DNA of 64,000 nt from Octopus sinensis (GCF_006345805.1 NC_043014.1:8990001-9054000); one strand, 5' to 3'. Shown: positions 25,953 to 39,841, counted from the stretch's first letter. The notes: generated by a model from the letters alone, not told the origin. Program-made: numbers and translations.

Positions 25953-26941
25953 AGCAAATCATGCTAGTTTAAATGTAAATAGTTAAATCTTGTTACGTTT
26001 ATATATCGTTTTGCAAGATTCTTGATGTGAAATCGCGTGTTGAAACATATATTGTTGTATTTCGGAATGGTTATGTTGCCAGTTTAACCAATAAAAACAC
26101 ACGCACTATATATTTGGTATTAATTTGCTTCAGCTTTATTTTATTTTTTTACATTAATCTTAATCTTAATCTTATAAGATTAATGTAAAAAATAAGATAC
26201 AGCTGAAGCAAAGAAACACCAAATATATAGTGCGTGTGTTTTTATTGGCTAAACTGTGAACATGACTATTCCTGAATACAACAATAATAGTTTAATCTTG
26301 CTTTTACCGATTGCTTGTTGTTTCAGTCGTTTGACTGAACCTTGCATCCCAACTCAGCTGAAAACAATATCTGTTCTATCGTGTTTGAGCTGAGTGGGAG
26401 AGTGCTAGATTTCCCTTGTTCGAAAATATAAGGACCAGATCGTGGTCGTATAGCCAGCTGGAGACGATGTCTCCTGGGGCTAATACAGTAACATTCATCC
26501 TAACCAGAACTGCCATGTTGGCAAACAATCTTTACTCCAAAGTACTGTTGTTGAATATCTCACGTTGTGAGATTTCAAAAATAGTATATTTTCTGAAGAT
26601 TATTAGTAATTGATTATTTATTTGTCAGCATAGAAGGCGCGTGGCCTGATGGTTAGAAGTGTTGCACTCACGAGAACGTAGGTTCGATTTCCAAACCGCC
26701 GGTACCTTGTGTTATTGGGAGCAAAACACTTTATTTATCTTTGCTTTGCTTTGATATCTGACATGTAGCACATTTGTGCACCTGTTCAGGTAAAATCGAT
26801 TTGTGGAATGAAGTGTACTTATGTGCAGGACAAATATTTGATCACCACGAACACAGGTTGTCCAGCAAGAAATTATGGAACCGTCTTTTTCGGACACATG
26901 AGACTACCATTAAAAAGAAAAAAAAAATGTCGACGCATTAT

Positions 26942-27139
26942 AGGCGCAGGAGTGGCTGTGTGGTAAGTAGCTTGCTTACCAACCACATGGTTTCGGGTTC
27001 ATTTCCACTGCGTGGCACCTCGGGCAAGTGTCTTCTACTATAGGCTCGGACGACCAAAGCCTGTGAGTGGATTTGGTAGACGGAAACTGAAAGAAGCCCG
27101 TCGTATATATATATATATATATATATATAATAGATAATA

Positions 27140-27214
<75 letters not shown>

Positions 27215-27433
27215 TATAGAGTGTGTGTATATGTTTGTGTCTATGTTTGTCCCCCCAAAATCGCTTGACAACTGATGCTGGGTGGTTACGTCCCCTGAAC
27301 TTAGCGGTTCGGCAAAAGAGCCGATAGAATAAGTACTAGGCTAATACAAAGAATAAGTCCTGGGGTCAATTGCTCGACTAAAGGCGGTGCTCAGCATGGC
27401 CGCAGTCAATGACTGAAACATGTAAAAGAGTGA
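26942..27433 (+). mobile_element. SINE family A (last copy of the duplication)
   Basis: Matches A consensus with many 1-bp deletions. Confidence 0.9.
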
Positions 27434-27671
27434 AAGAGCATTGTGTTCAGGGTCAAAGAGTCCATATTATGTAACCTCAAGTTTAGCGGATAAAGCATCG
27501 AGTGACCGAGTGCTTGAGTGATACATGAACCATCGCCAACTATCTTGGCTTCCACGCAACAACGATGAATTAAAAATCTTTCGTATCTAGCTTGAATGCT
27601 TCAAAACATTAACTTTACCGACTTACGAGCCAGAATAGGCATTTAATCCAATAAATCAGTAAAGCAGACAT

Positions 27672-28097
27672 TTAATCCACGAAATCGGCGAAGCTAATGT
27701 ACGTTTCCTTAATAATTTCCTGTACGCTATCAGCTATAAATGAAACAGCCATTTAGATAACGAAATCAATAAAATAATTTTGCTATTCACCATTGATATT
27801 AGTGGGTCAATGGCTAAAAAATGTTAAGAATAAAATTACTTTTCACATGGTTTATTCATTAGTTGACCGTTTCTTTATCCTGTAACATCATGAAAACCAG
27901 TTTCACCATGACTTCTCATAGCTTTCTTCACTGACCGAACACTTCATTACTGATATCAGGTTTCCTGGAGAGCGTTTTGTTAAGAACTCTGTTTATTAAG
28001 TATAGCCATAAAATACCAGACAATTGCATCGCAGCCGAAGCGTATAATGACTTCTACAATCATAGACATCTGCTGTTGTCTAGTAGCTTTATCATTA
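27672..28097 (-). other. Weak candidate exons (28053-27936 or 28097 onward; 27733-27672 with stop)
   Basis: Acceptors TATTTTGCAG (28097) and TTCATTTATAG (27733), donor G|GTCAGT (27936); open frames; no recognised domain. Confidence 0.15.
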
Positions 28098-28627
28098 CTG
28101 CAAAATAGTTACAATAGATTTACAATAGTCTAAATTATCGCATTACATCATATATTACTAACAATTATTTAACGAAAATGATTCATTATATATCCACTAC
28201 AGTTATGGAATTCCACCCGCAGAATAAAAAAACCGTATTTATCCTGCTTTCTGTACGTTCTCTATAAGTTCATTGCAATTGTTTTCTCTACGTAGATCCG
28301 GGTTCAATCCAGCTTGCTTGCTGGAGCCTAGCAGCGGGTATTTAAAGGGGAAGAATTTGACAAGACAGTCAGTCGCTCGCTGACACTCGCTGACGATACA
28401 TCGAAGAGGCTAGGGAACAGAAGAAAGAAGAAGAAAGAAGACATGCACTCAACACCAGAGCTGAAGACAACTCCGAAAGGGGGGGGGGCGCCACGTCAAA
28501 ACGGTAGAGGAGTAGGGGCCGAAACCGGACGTGGTTCCTCCTGATGATGTCTTGAGCTAACTGGATCCTATAAAGGAGCTGTTGTGGTAGCAGACCACGA
28601 AACACGGTTGAAATTCCTCAGTAAATA

Positions 28628-29030
28628 TGAGTGTGCGATTGTTGTTAAGAAGCTTGCTTTGTAATCCTGAAGTATCGGGTTTAGTTTCATTGTTTTGCCT
28701 CTTGGGTTGGTGTTTTCTACTATAGCCCCAGGATGGTCAATGCCTTGTGGGTGAATATGGTAGACGGAACCTGTGTGGAAGCCCATCGTATACACACACA
28801 CACACACACACACAGACACACATATATATATGTGTGTGAGTGTGTGCCTTTATGTTTGTTTCCACGTCGCTTTACAAACGGTATTGGTTTGTTTACATCC
28901 CCCTAAGTTAGCAGTTCGCCCCCCCCCCCAAACAGGCTTGAAAAATGGGGTCGATTTGTTCAACTGAGTACCTTCAAAGTGGTACCACAACATAGCCGCA
29001 GACCAAAGGCTGAAACAGTGTAAAAGAAAT
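28628..29030 (+). mobile_element. SINE family A, diverged
   Basis: TGGTAGACGGAA, GGGGTCGATTTGTTC blocks. Confidence 0.65.
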
Positions 29031-29034
29031 GTAT

Positions 29035-29470
29035 AGGGCGGCGAGCTTATACAATGTATAAGGCGGCGAGCTGGCAGAAACGTTAGCACGCCGGGCGAAA
29101 TGCTTAGCCGTATTTCGTCTGCCGCTGCGTTCTGAGTTCAAATTCCGCCGAGGTCGACATTGCCTTTCATCCTTTCGGAGTCGATAAATTAAGGACCAGT
29201 TACGCACTGGGGTCGATATAATCGACTTAATCCATTTGTCTGTCCTTGTTTGTTCCCTCTGTGTTAGCCCCTTGTGGGTAGTAAAGAAATAGGTATTTCG
29301 TCTGCCGTACGTTCTGTGTTCAAATTCCGCCGAGGTCGACTTTGCTTTTCATCCTTCGGGGTCGATAAATTAAGTACCAGTTCGCACTGGGTCGATATAA
29401 TCGACTTAATCCGTTTGTCTGTCCTTGTTTGTCCTCTCTGTGTTTAGCTCCTGTGGGTAGTAAAGAAATA
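29035..29470 (+). mobile_element. SINE family B dimer (T1 + T1) with duplicated head start
   Basis: GGCGGCGAGCT occurs twice at 29037 and 29062; two units. Confidence 0.88.
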
Positions 29471-29890
29471 TGAAACAATGTAAAAGAAAAAAAAAGATGA
29501 AATAAACTACAAACGTCACCAATGTTCTGTACAATGACAGTGCCCTTTCTACTGGCCACGAAACACCGTTATATGAGCAATCAGATGGAGGGGACATGAG
29601 TTCTTACTTAGGACTGACATTCATAGTGTTTTATGCGTCCTCGACAGAGAAAAAGCCGCATATTATGGAGCAACGCCATTTTAATTACCAGGAGTTACAG
29701 TACGGTGCAGCTTATCAACAAAGGGATTAATTGGACCATCCCTTTTTGATGGCACTGTGGCTAGTCCCATTTAGTTGAAGTTGCTGTTGTTGTTGTTGTT
29801 GTTAAGCAACAAGACGGGTAAGGGTGATTAGGTGATGGTCTAGGGCTTAGGGGCGGGATACCCCAGACCTTGGAAAAAAAAAACGTTGGT

Positions 29891-30682
29891 CGTCTTGTTG
29901 TAGTCGAGGGCTCTTCGTTGACGCCCGACACCACTGGGAGGTGGCCCTCGAAGTCGGTGGAAATGGAGGTCTCCAGGTCCAAATTCTTGAACGGCAGTTG
30001 AAGTTGCTGAGACAATCTGTCACGCTAAGCATTCAAGTGGACTGTGATGTTGTGGAGTTTTATTTTAAGCAAGATAGGGGCACCCCCACACTAGGGAGGA
30101 ATAGGAAGGACTCCGTCGGTTACGACGACGAGGGTTCCGGTGATCGATCAACGGAACAGCCTGCTCGTGAAATTAACGTGTGTGAGTGGCTGAGCACTCC
30201 ACAGACACGTGTACCCTTAACGTAGTTCTCGGGGATATTCAGCGTGACACAGAGAGTGACAAAGCCGGCCCTTTGAAATACAGGTACAACTGAACAGGAA
30301 GTAAGAGTGAGAGAAGTTTTGGCGAAAGAGTACAGCAGGGATCACACCATCCGCTGCCGGAGCCTCGTGGAGCTTTAGGTGTTTTCGCTCATAAACACTC
30401 ACAACGCCCGGTCTGGGAATCGAAACCGCGATCCTACGACCGCGAGTCCGCTGCCCTAACCACTGGGCCATTGCGCCTCCACCGTCTTGTTGTAGTCGAG
30501 GGCTCTTCGTTGACGCTCGACACCACTGGGAGGTGACCCTCGACGTCGCTGGAAATGGAGATCTCCAGGTCCAAATTCTTGAACGGCAGTTGAAGTTGCT
30601 GAGACAATCTGTCACGCTAAGCATTCAAGTGGACTGTGATGTTGTGGAGTTTTATTTTAAGCAAGATGGGGGCACCCCCACA
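29891..30682. repeat. 200-bp direct repeats (29891-30090, 30483-30682) flanking a SINE C
   Basis: 6 mismatches in 200 bp by eye. Confidence 0.95.
30107..30482 (-). mobile_element. SINE family C, tail C2
   Basis: Reverse complement of the 18684 copy. Confidence 0.9.
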
Positions 30683-30992
30683 TTATCATAGTAACGTCAG
30701 GGCTTGCCTTAATGCGATTTTGCCATACAAGCGGAGTGGACAAAGGGGCTCTATAGAATACTTTCCACATTCACCGGGCTTCGCACAACTGCACGTTTTT
30801 TTTCCGGTGATGCTTAACAGATAAAGATTACCATGCAAATCCTTCAGCACTCGATGAATGGAGGGAAGTCATTGATTACGAATACCGAACGATACGTTCT
30901 TGATGCGTTGCTTGGGTTATCAGTAGTGATCGGACTAGAATGTTCACCACTTAAGAACAGGTGTTCATAAGAATATTAAATTCTGTATGTCC

Positions 30993-31064
<72 letters not shown>

Positions 31065-31128
31065 AATAACATATGTATATCTATATATATATATTATATA
31101 TATATAAATAAATATGTATATCTATCTA

Positions 31129-31172
<44 letters not shown>

Positions 31173-31174
31173 CC

Positions 31175-31224
<50 letters not shown>

Positions 31225-31229
31225 ATGTA

Positions 31230-31445
31230 TACTCTTTACTCTTTTACTTGTTTCAGTCATTTGACTGCGGCCATACTGGAGCACTGCCTTTAGTCGAGCA
31301 AATCGACCCCAGGACTTATTTTGTAAGCCTAGCATTTATCTGATCGGTCTCTTTTGCCGAACCGCTAAATTACGGTGACATAAACACACCAGCATCGATT
31401 GTCTAGCGACGTTGGGGGGGGGGACAAACACAGACACACAAACAA

Positions 31446-31488
<43 letters not shown>

Positions 31489-31714
31489 ACCACACACACA
31501 CACACAACCACACACACACACAGACATATACATATACATATACATATATGCGACGGGATTCTTTCAGTTTCCGTCTACCAAATCCACTCACAAGGCTTTG
31601 ATCGGCTCAAGGCTATAGTAGAAGACACTTGCCCAAGGTGCCACGCAGTGGGACTGAATCCTGAACCATGTGTTTGGTAAGCAAGCTACTTACCACACAG
31701 CCACTCTTGCACCT
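31230..31714 (-). mobile_element. SINE family A, full length
   Basis: Matches A consensus. Confidence 0.9.
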
Positions 31715-31936
31715 GCATACACACACATACACACACACATTTATCTGTATATATGTATATATATGTATGCATATATATGTTTATATGTACAGATAGATAA
31801 ATAGATAGACAGATGGACAAACAGACACACAGCAGATGCATATATATATGAAAATTCAACATGTGCAACCGTTTATCCAGACATATCTTTCTCTCTCTAT
31901 TTCCCCCATTTCTCTATCTCATTTCTCTGTTAATTA

Positions 31937-31972
31937 TTTTCTGAAGAAGAGCGTAGGTTTGAAACGTCAAAA
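31937..31972 (+). ncRNA. Minimal type I hammerhead motif (Penelope-type)
   Basis: TTTT-CTGAAGA-A-GAGC(GTAG)GTTT-GAAA-CGTC-AAAA; stem II pairs with G.U wobbles. Confidence 0.6.
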
Positions 31973-32072
31973 ACTTCTTCTAATTTTACCTAAGCGTCAA
32001 ATTAATGCACCTTCTTTCTTACTACCTCATCTGTCTCTGTCTTTTGTATAATTTTGTAACAGGTATGTATGT

Positions 32073-32894
32073 CATTGTTCAGTTCTATTTCAAGATTTCT
32101 TGCCGATAGAGAAAGAACCGGGTTCTAACTTAGATTCAAGGCTCCTTCATTGGAATTTGAATATCAACGACAGGGTATTTTTGTTTGTATGTATGTGTGC
32201 ATGTATATGTGCAGATTTGTATGCTTTGCTTTATCTATGTATTCTCATGCATATAGTTGCATATCTAGACATGCTTACTCTTTACTCTTTACTCTTTTAC
32301 TTGTTTCAGTCATTTGACTGCGACCATGCTGGAGCACCGCCTTTAGTCGAGCAAATCGACCCCGGGACTTATTCTTTGTAAGCCCAGTACTTATTCTATC
32401 AGTATCTTTTGCCGAACCGCTAAGTGACGGGGACGTAAACACACCAGCATCGGTTGTCAAGCAATGCTTGGGGGACAAACACAGACACACAAACACACAC
32501 ACATACATATATATATACATATATACGGCTGGCTTCTTTCAGTTTCCGTCTACCAAATCCACTCACAAGGCATTGGTCGGCCCTGGGCTATAGCAGAAGA
32601 CACTTGCCCAAGATGCCACGCAGTGGGACTGAACCCGGAACCATGTGGTTGTTTAGCAAGCTACTTACCACACAGCCACTCCTGCGCCTATATATTTAAA
32701 TGATAAACGTCTAGAAAGTTTTGCTGATTTTTATAGTTCCAGTGATGGATTGGATCTGTAGTCTTCGAATAAACTTTCCAGTTCTAATTTCTCAAGATTG
32801 GTATTTAGGTAGTGTGTTTCATATCTCTAGGCCAAATATTACAGGTATAAACCTGAACTTATACTTTGGATAGAGCAACTGCAGATTTATCAAT
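32073..32894 (-). mobile_element. 3' end of a second RLE-type LINE inside (CATA)n, interrupted by SINE A
   Basis: Minus frames NLQLLYPKYKFRFIPVIFG and RRLQIQSITGTIKISKTF*; TATG tracts at 32063-32072 and 32895-32920. Confidence 0.7.
32276..32690 (-). mobile_element. SINE family A, full length, nested in the LINE 3' UTR
   Basis: Matches A consensus. Confidence 0.92.
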
Positions 32895-33350
32895 GTATGT
32901 ATGTATGCATGTATGTATTATTGAAAAGTTGCTATTTCGAATGTGATTGCGTAAAAGTTAACCTTTAGTTAGTACTCTATGTATATCCAAGTTCCAATCA
33001 TTTGTTAAACATAACTTATCCTCAGATTTTCCTTTGATATTGTATACACCATTAGAATAGATCACTGAGTGTATATCCAAGGGGAGAATAAAGCTTGGGA
33101 TTGGGTTAAAAAGATGTTAAAATAAATTTTTTAAACCGAATCTCTGTATTTTCCTGCTCTTGGGTATATACATAATACATACATACACACACACACACAC
33201 ACATATATATATACACATACATACATGTATGTATATATATACGCATACACACATACATATATACATACATGCACACATACACACGTATAGGTATGTATGA
33301 ATATATGTATGCATATATGTGTATGTGTATGCGTATATATTACATACATG

Positions 33351-33382
<32 letters not shown>

Positions 33383-33405
33383 ATTATATATATATTATAT
33401 ATATA

Positions 33406-33917
33406 TATAGAAACGAATTATGATATATACATAATATATGCATATAATATAATTCAAATATATTTATATATGTATATATACACAAACACATATGCATACA
33501 TATATTCATACATACCTATACGTGTGTATGTGTGTATGCATGTGTATATGTATATGCGTATGCCTATATATACATACATGTATGTATATATAGGCATACG
33601 CATATACATATACAATATTATGTATATATACACATATATACATATATGTATATGCGTATGCCTATATATACATACATGTATATATATATTATATATTATA
33701 TATATATATACATGTATGTATATATATACATACATGTATGTATATATAGGCATACGCACATACATATACACATGCATACACACATACACACGTATAGGTA
33801 TGTATGAATATATGTATGCATATGTGTGTGTGTATATATACATATATAAATATATAAATATATTTGAAATTATATATATATGCATATACTATGTATATAT
33901 CATAATTCGTTTCTATA
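33406..33917. repeat. Nested inverted repeat within a TA/CA/TATG compound microsatellite
   Basis: TATAGAAACGAATTATGATA (33406-33425) and its reverse complement (33898-33917) anchor arms of ~180 bp. Confidence 0.9.
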
Positions 33918-35093
33918 CTGTATGCATTATTCAAAAATCAAAATCATATAAATGCTTGAGATATGCACACAAGTATATAGACATGTAAATAAATATAATA
34001 CATAGAAAACTCGAGGCCTCAAAATAACTTCTGATGTGTTTTCAAATTTAAAAAGTATATTTACATATACATACACACACACACTGACACCATATATATT
34101 TATATATACATATACTTACAAATCTACACACACAAATATAATCTCCCACACACACATATATATATATCCTTACGCACACATATATATTCTCACATACACA
34201 CATATATATTTATTCCTAAATATCTATATATTTACATACAAGCCTCCACACACTTATATACTTCGACACACATTTGTACAGACAAATATATAAACTACAG
34301 ACTACAAATGTGTAATGTTGCTGGAAACAAAAAGCTATACACCAAAACAATTGTTATAGAAAAAAGATATTTTATGCAAACTTAATTGCAGTAAAATATA
34401 TTTATATGTCTATTGAAAGTAACAGAACCAAAAGATAGAAAAAGGAAAAAAAATAAAATAATGTCCAGAAATCGAATGAAATTGAATGTGTTCAGTGAAA
34501 ATTGAATTTCAAATTTCATGTTGTAAGAAACAATTATCTGTGTATCTTTGAGAAATATATGGAAGCCAATAAAAAATGAGCAAAAAGAAAACACGGTCTG
34601 ATGCAGTCAAAAAGAAACACGAAACAACGGCCATAAACGTAAATTTTAGAAGACAATTATCAGATACGAGTATATTTAGGTTTGTCAAATTTAAGTTGTC
34701 GCATTGCTTATATATTCTTTCTGCAAATCTTCATATATTAAGGCATTAATTTTTTTCTTTCTTCTGTCTTCTGAGATCTTTTGAAACCATATAAAATGTA
34801 CTTAGAACGAAAGCATTGTTCAATTTTTTTTTCTTTTGTGACTATTTATGTAGCAATAAACAAAATTTTTATATTGTTCTCTGAAAACTTGTTTCGTTTA
34901 AAAATTGTGCACAAATTCCAATAAAGAAGAAGGAGACAAATAAATAATCTAAAATGGACAATAAAGTCTTTGATGTTTTCTGCGTCAGACAACGCGCCCC
35001 CACCTCACCACCGCTGCGAGAAATAATGCTTTACATGGATACTCAGTGCTGAAAACAGCAGCTAAATCTCCTGTCGTTTGGAATAAGGCTATA

Positions 35094-35391
35094 TTTGTTT
35101 GTTCCTTCTCGCCTGGCTCATAAGGGCCGGTTTCCCGGTATCCTTGGCGTATAGGTTCCCCACCTGGACGAGACACCGGCCCGTCGCAGGTCAGCTGCAA
35201 GATGTAGGAGGAAAGAGTGAGAGAAAGTTGTGGCAAAAGAGTCAGCAGAAGTTCGCCATTACCTTCTGCCGGAGCCGCGTGGAGCTAAGGTGTTTCGCTC
35301 ATAAACAAACACATCGCCCGGTCTGAGATTCGAAAGCGTGATCCCTCGACCGCGAGTCCGCTGCTCTAACCACTAGGCCATGTGCCTCCAC
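35094..35391 (-). mobile_element. SINE family C, tail type C3 (V-domain-like)
   Basis: Same head; tail CCTGCGACGGGCCGGTGTCTCGTCCAGG resembles the V-SINE central motif (recalled, not aligned). Confidence 0.75.
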
Positions 35392-35905
35392 TGAAATAAA
35401 GCTAAGGACACATTAAACGATATAGCTGTCTATATCCGTTAGTCAAACCTGAAACTGAATACTGGCAGCAATACAAAAAACTGAAAAGTAAGCGCACCAG
35501 CGAAGGATCTAGTCACACCAACTATGGAACCTCTATATGGCTACTTAGCATGCTAGAAATAGCAACCAAATCTCCCCTGTGTAATACTGTATTACACTGG
35601 AGATTTTCCGTAGAGCCAGGAGTATTTCGGCAATGTTGAATGAAAAGATCTACTAATATGTCAAGTATTTAAACTAACGTTTTCTCACTAGATAATCCAT
35701 TATCTTATACACCCAGAATCCAGGGCGACATGAGTGAAAGACAATTACCCATAAATTAAACTGCCTTAAAGAAAAGCGATCAATTTTGTGATAGAAATGA
35801 TTAACTTGTAAGACTATAGCTGTTCTATATGTTTATACTTGGGCTTAAGGTCTGTGGTTAGATTATAACACTATGGGAATAGTAAAATATCGAACGATTG
35901 ATAGA

Positions 35906-36264
35906 CTTTACCTTTTACTTGTTTCAGTCATTTGACTGCGGCCATGCTAGAGCACCGCCTTTAGTCGAGCAAATCGACCCCGGGACTTTGTAAGCCCAGT
36001 ACTTATTCTATCGGTCTCTTTTGCCGAACCGCTAAGTGACGGGGACGTAAACACACCAACATCGGTTGTCAAGCAATGCTTGGGGGACAAACACAGACAC
36101 ACAAACATACACACACATACATACATATATACATAGATACGACAGGCTTCTTTCAGTTTCCGTCTACCAAATCCACTCACAAGGCATTGGTCGGCCCGGG
36201 GCTATAGCAGAAGACACTTGCCCAAGATGCCACGCAGTGGGACTGAACCCGGAACCATGTGGTT
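35906..36264 (-). mobile_element. SINE family A, 5' end truncated
   Basis: Matches A consensus up to CCACATGGTT. Confidence 0.9.
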
Positions 36265-36606
36265 GGACTATAGAACTATGTATCGAATCTAGGACAATAG
36301 TTGGATTGCAGGAGTACATCAAGGTTTTATTGCAATTATTGACTATGAAACTATAGAGAACTATGAGCTATAAGAACTACAACCAAAATCTTGGACAATA
36401 AGTGAACTACAGAACGACATCAAAGTTTTATAGCAAAGACTATGGATAGGTGTTTCAATTATGTTTAGGCTGACGTGCTAAAGCGTAATTATAATCAATA
36501 ATTATTAGATTATGGTTGGACAGTAACATTATCAATAAAATATAGATTATAGCGCTATAAGTAGAAAATATGATTGGGCTTTAAGTAGTATACTGTAAAA
36601 GGTATT

Positions 36607-36905
36607 TATCTATCGTTTTGGGCGAGTTTCCTGGAGCAAAATCGCTCTTTCTCTCAAAGCGTTCCGTTCTTCCATGAAGTTTCAAATGTCTTCTGTTTGT
36701 AACTTGATATCATGAGAAAGTTGATCAATGTACGTCATTCCGATTCCTCCTTCGATGGCTCCAGAATTCCCGTGAATTGGGTACCACAGACAGAGCAAGC
36801 TCATTAATTCTTCTTTGCTTCTATAGCAACGACCAGCATATATCATGTTCTCCGTTCTCCATTGATGGATTATATGTTGCCTAAGCGAAGGCGAGTGGAT
36901 TCGCA
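36607..36905 (-). mobile_element. RTE LINE C-terminal fragment (family 2)
   Basis: YAGRCYRSKEELMSLLCLW.PIHG...TYIDQLSHDIKLQTEDI matches the RTE FAGHCxRS...TYIDxL pattern. Confidence 0.75.
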
Positions 36906-36914
36906 GTTGGTTTG

Positions 36915-37477
36915 TTCGGGTCTGGCCTAGGAGCATGCGTCATCACAACGCATCGATTCGTTGACGGTTTGTCGATATCTGCTCGGGTCAGCCCACGAAG
37001 TCCTGCGAGCAGTGTCCCACTTAGTTCCTCATCTGCAGAGACCATGAGGCATGTGGCTGACCAACACTAGACGTCAGCCCAAACCGGAATCTCAGAAAAG
37101 TGAACACGGTAAACTACCGAATCGTACAGAACGTACTTATCCCAGTTTCCGAGCATAGTCGTTGGCTGGCGACGAAATCCAACCAATGATAACCAACAAT
37201 CCTTTGTGTTGATACCAAAGGCGTTCAGGAGGTTCCTAAAGGCCCCGGACAGAGCCCAAGACGTACGATAATTGAGCAAGACAGGGAGCAATAGAGATCT
37301 GAAAACCCGAAACTTTGTGCTCCTGTTCAGATATCAGCAGCGCCAAAAACCTTTATCTTGTGAGTGCAGAACTGCCACAGCACGCTTAAGTCTTCTTAAG
37401 ACTTCGAACTCGCAGCTAATGCTGCTACAGATAGCATTGCCGTGATAAGTGAAGCAGTCAATAACTTCGACAGTCTC
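36915..37477 (-). mobile_element. Decayed RTE LINE 3' portion (family 1)
   Basis: ETVEVIDCFTYHGNAI...EVLRRL...DKGFWRC*YLNRSTKFRVFRSLLLPVLL...GQPHASW; frameshifted. Confidence 0.75.
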
Positions 37478-38527
37478 ATCCGCGCTTCATTTCGCGTTGC
37501 TCCAGTCCACTCAGCTGTAAATGGGCAAATCTGTGACCGATTCGCTCCAATGCTTCTATTCCGTTCAGGAGGAATACTTACCTGCCAGCCTGGCCAATGC
37601 ACTGGCATCATTCGGCCAGTGCGGCGGCTTCATTCGGCCAGTGCGGCGGCATCATTTGGCCAGTGCGGTAGCATCATCAGCTATAACAATGTGAGGAAAC
37701 GCATTGTGGCTAGCGGTGTATTACAGCATCCAATACTCTCGTCGATACAGTCATACAGTAACAATTGCATGAAACGAGAAGCGGTTGGTTTATTCGATTG
37801 AATCGGCCATCATTGCTACATTAAAACCTATTTTATCGATCTCCTTACAGATGAAAGGTTAAGTTAATACGAATAATTTTTCAATTCAAGAATGTAAAAA
37901 TATGCAGTTAAATGTCACTTAATATTCTTTTCTCTTATTTGATTTTTTTAATCATTTATCGTTAGCGGAGACGACTCTAGCATCTGCCTGGATATTAATG
38001 CAGAAAAACACATTTAGAATTTATTATGAATGGAGAAAAATAATTTAAATATATAATCAGAATGAACTTCAAAATATGAAATTTAATTAGCATAATTTTA
38101 ACGTTTTACTCTAATTAAATGACAAAACAAGTTCAATCCAATTCTGAAAATTACGTTTCCATCAAACAAGAATATAAAATTTGCTTGCTGAAATGAAGCT
38201 TCAAAACGTTACCTTAATTCATGCAGTGTTACTGTACAGTAAGCATCGCAATAATTTGTTAATTCTACCGTGTAATACACTTGCATAGCGCTTTGTGATT
38301 GTATAGGGCGGACGCCATTTTGAGGTGGCGAGTTTCTGGACGTCGACCAATCTGCGAAGCAAACTCGATATTCCATTTGCTATATTCAAGTGCGTTTCTG
38401 TTTTTGCATAAAACTTCCGTTCTGCCAATTGCCACGTTTCCCAATGTTTCTGAATAGCGGCTCCAGCATTAGGAAGCTCACCGATATACATACATACATA
38501 CATGCATACATATATACACGCATGCAT

Positions 38528-38610
<83 letters not shown>

Positions 38611-38648
38611 GAGATAATGGTGTCATTGAGACCAAAGGTGTCCGGTAA

Positions 38649-38749
<101 letters not shown>

Positions 38750-39317
38750 CCTACCTACCTGTCTGTCTGCCTGCCTGCCTGTCTGTCTGCCCAATAGTCG
38801 ATATTAAAACGGTCGTTGGCTGATTTGTTGGTCGGCTGGTCTGTTGGCTGAATGATTTTTTTTTCCTGTCACATTTTACATCGCGTGAGGACAGGAGGAG
38901 AAATAGTAAAACAGAGATGCAGAGAGAGTTAAGACATCGAGACAGAAAGAGAAATCGAGAGAGAGAGAGAGAGAGAGGAAGAGACAGATGCAGAGTGGGA
39001 GAGGTAGAGGGCAGAGAGAGAGATGAAAGAAAAGATAAAAAGGTTTGTGGCTTATAGATCTACAAATAGAAACTGTTTTGATTTTATCAAATTAAGTTTT
39101 TTTTTCTACGCTAAAGCAATCAGCTCAAGTTGATTTGAAGTGGAATACGGACATTGTCCGTCATTAACAACCGTAGCTTTTGAAGGTCAGTTGTAATTCA
39201 TTTTGTTTATGTGTACTTTCCAAAAGAGGGCGCGAGTTACGTCCAACTGATTTGTTCCCGATGTATTCTGGACCCCCTCCTACAGAGGATGTGAGACGTT
39301 CTTGCACAGCCGCTTTG

Positions 39318-39475
39318 ACACAGCAGTTTTGGCACAGCAGTTTTGGCACGGCAGTTTTGGCACGGCAGTTTTGGCACAGCAGTTTTGGCACAGCAGTTTT
39401 GGCGCAGCTGCTGTGGCGCAATCGTTTTGGCACAACCGTTTTGGCGCAGCTGCTGTGAAATTGCTGTTTTGGCGT
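39318..39475. repeat. 14-bp minisatellite CACAGCAGTTTTGG, ~11 units
   Basis: Direct reading. Confidence 0.9.
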
Positions 39476-39831
39476 CACTTATTACACAACACTGATTCAG
39501 CGCTGACTTATCTGACATTAGAAATATCAATATTTCTTTCGTTTTAGTGGTTCTCTCTCTCTCTCTCTCTCATTCTCTCTCTCTTTCTCTCTCACTTTCT
39601 CTCTCTCTCATCCTCTCTCTCTTTCTCTCTCTCACTTTCTCTCTCTCTTCCCCCTCTTTCTCTGCTTATGTATATGCATATTTCTCTTTATGTATATGAA
39701 AAGACAAGAAGTGTTCATGTTACTTGCTTCTAATTAATAAATTGTAATGTCGCTTTCTCTCTCTCTCTCCTCTCTTTGTCTCATACACTTTCTATCTATA
39801 TGGACATGTATGTATATATATGTATGTGTGT

Positions 39832-39841
39832 ATATGCTTGC

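Noticed and set aside
29891-30682. Confident LTR retrotransposon or TRIM call
   Set aside because: No PBS, PPT or TSD; the interior is a SINE
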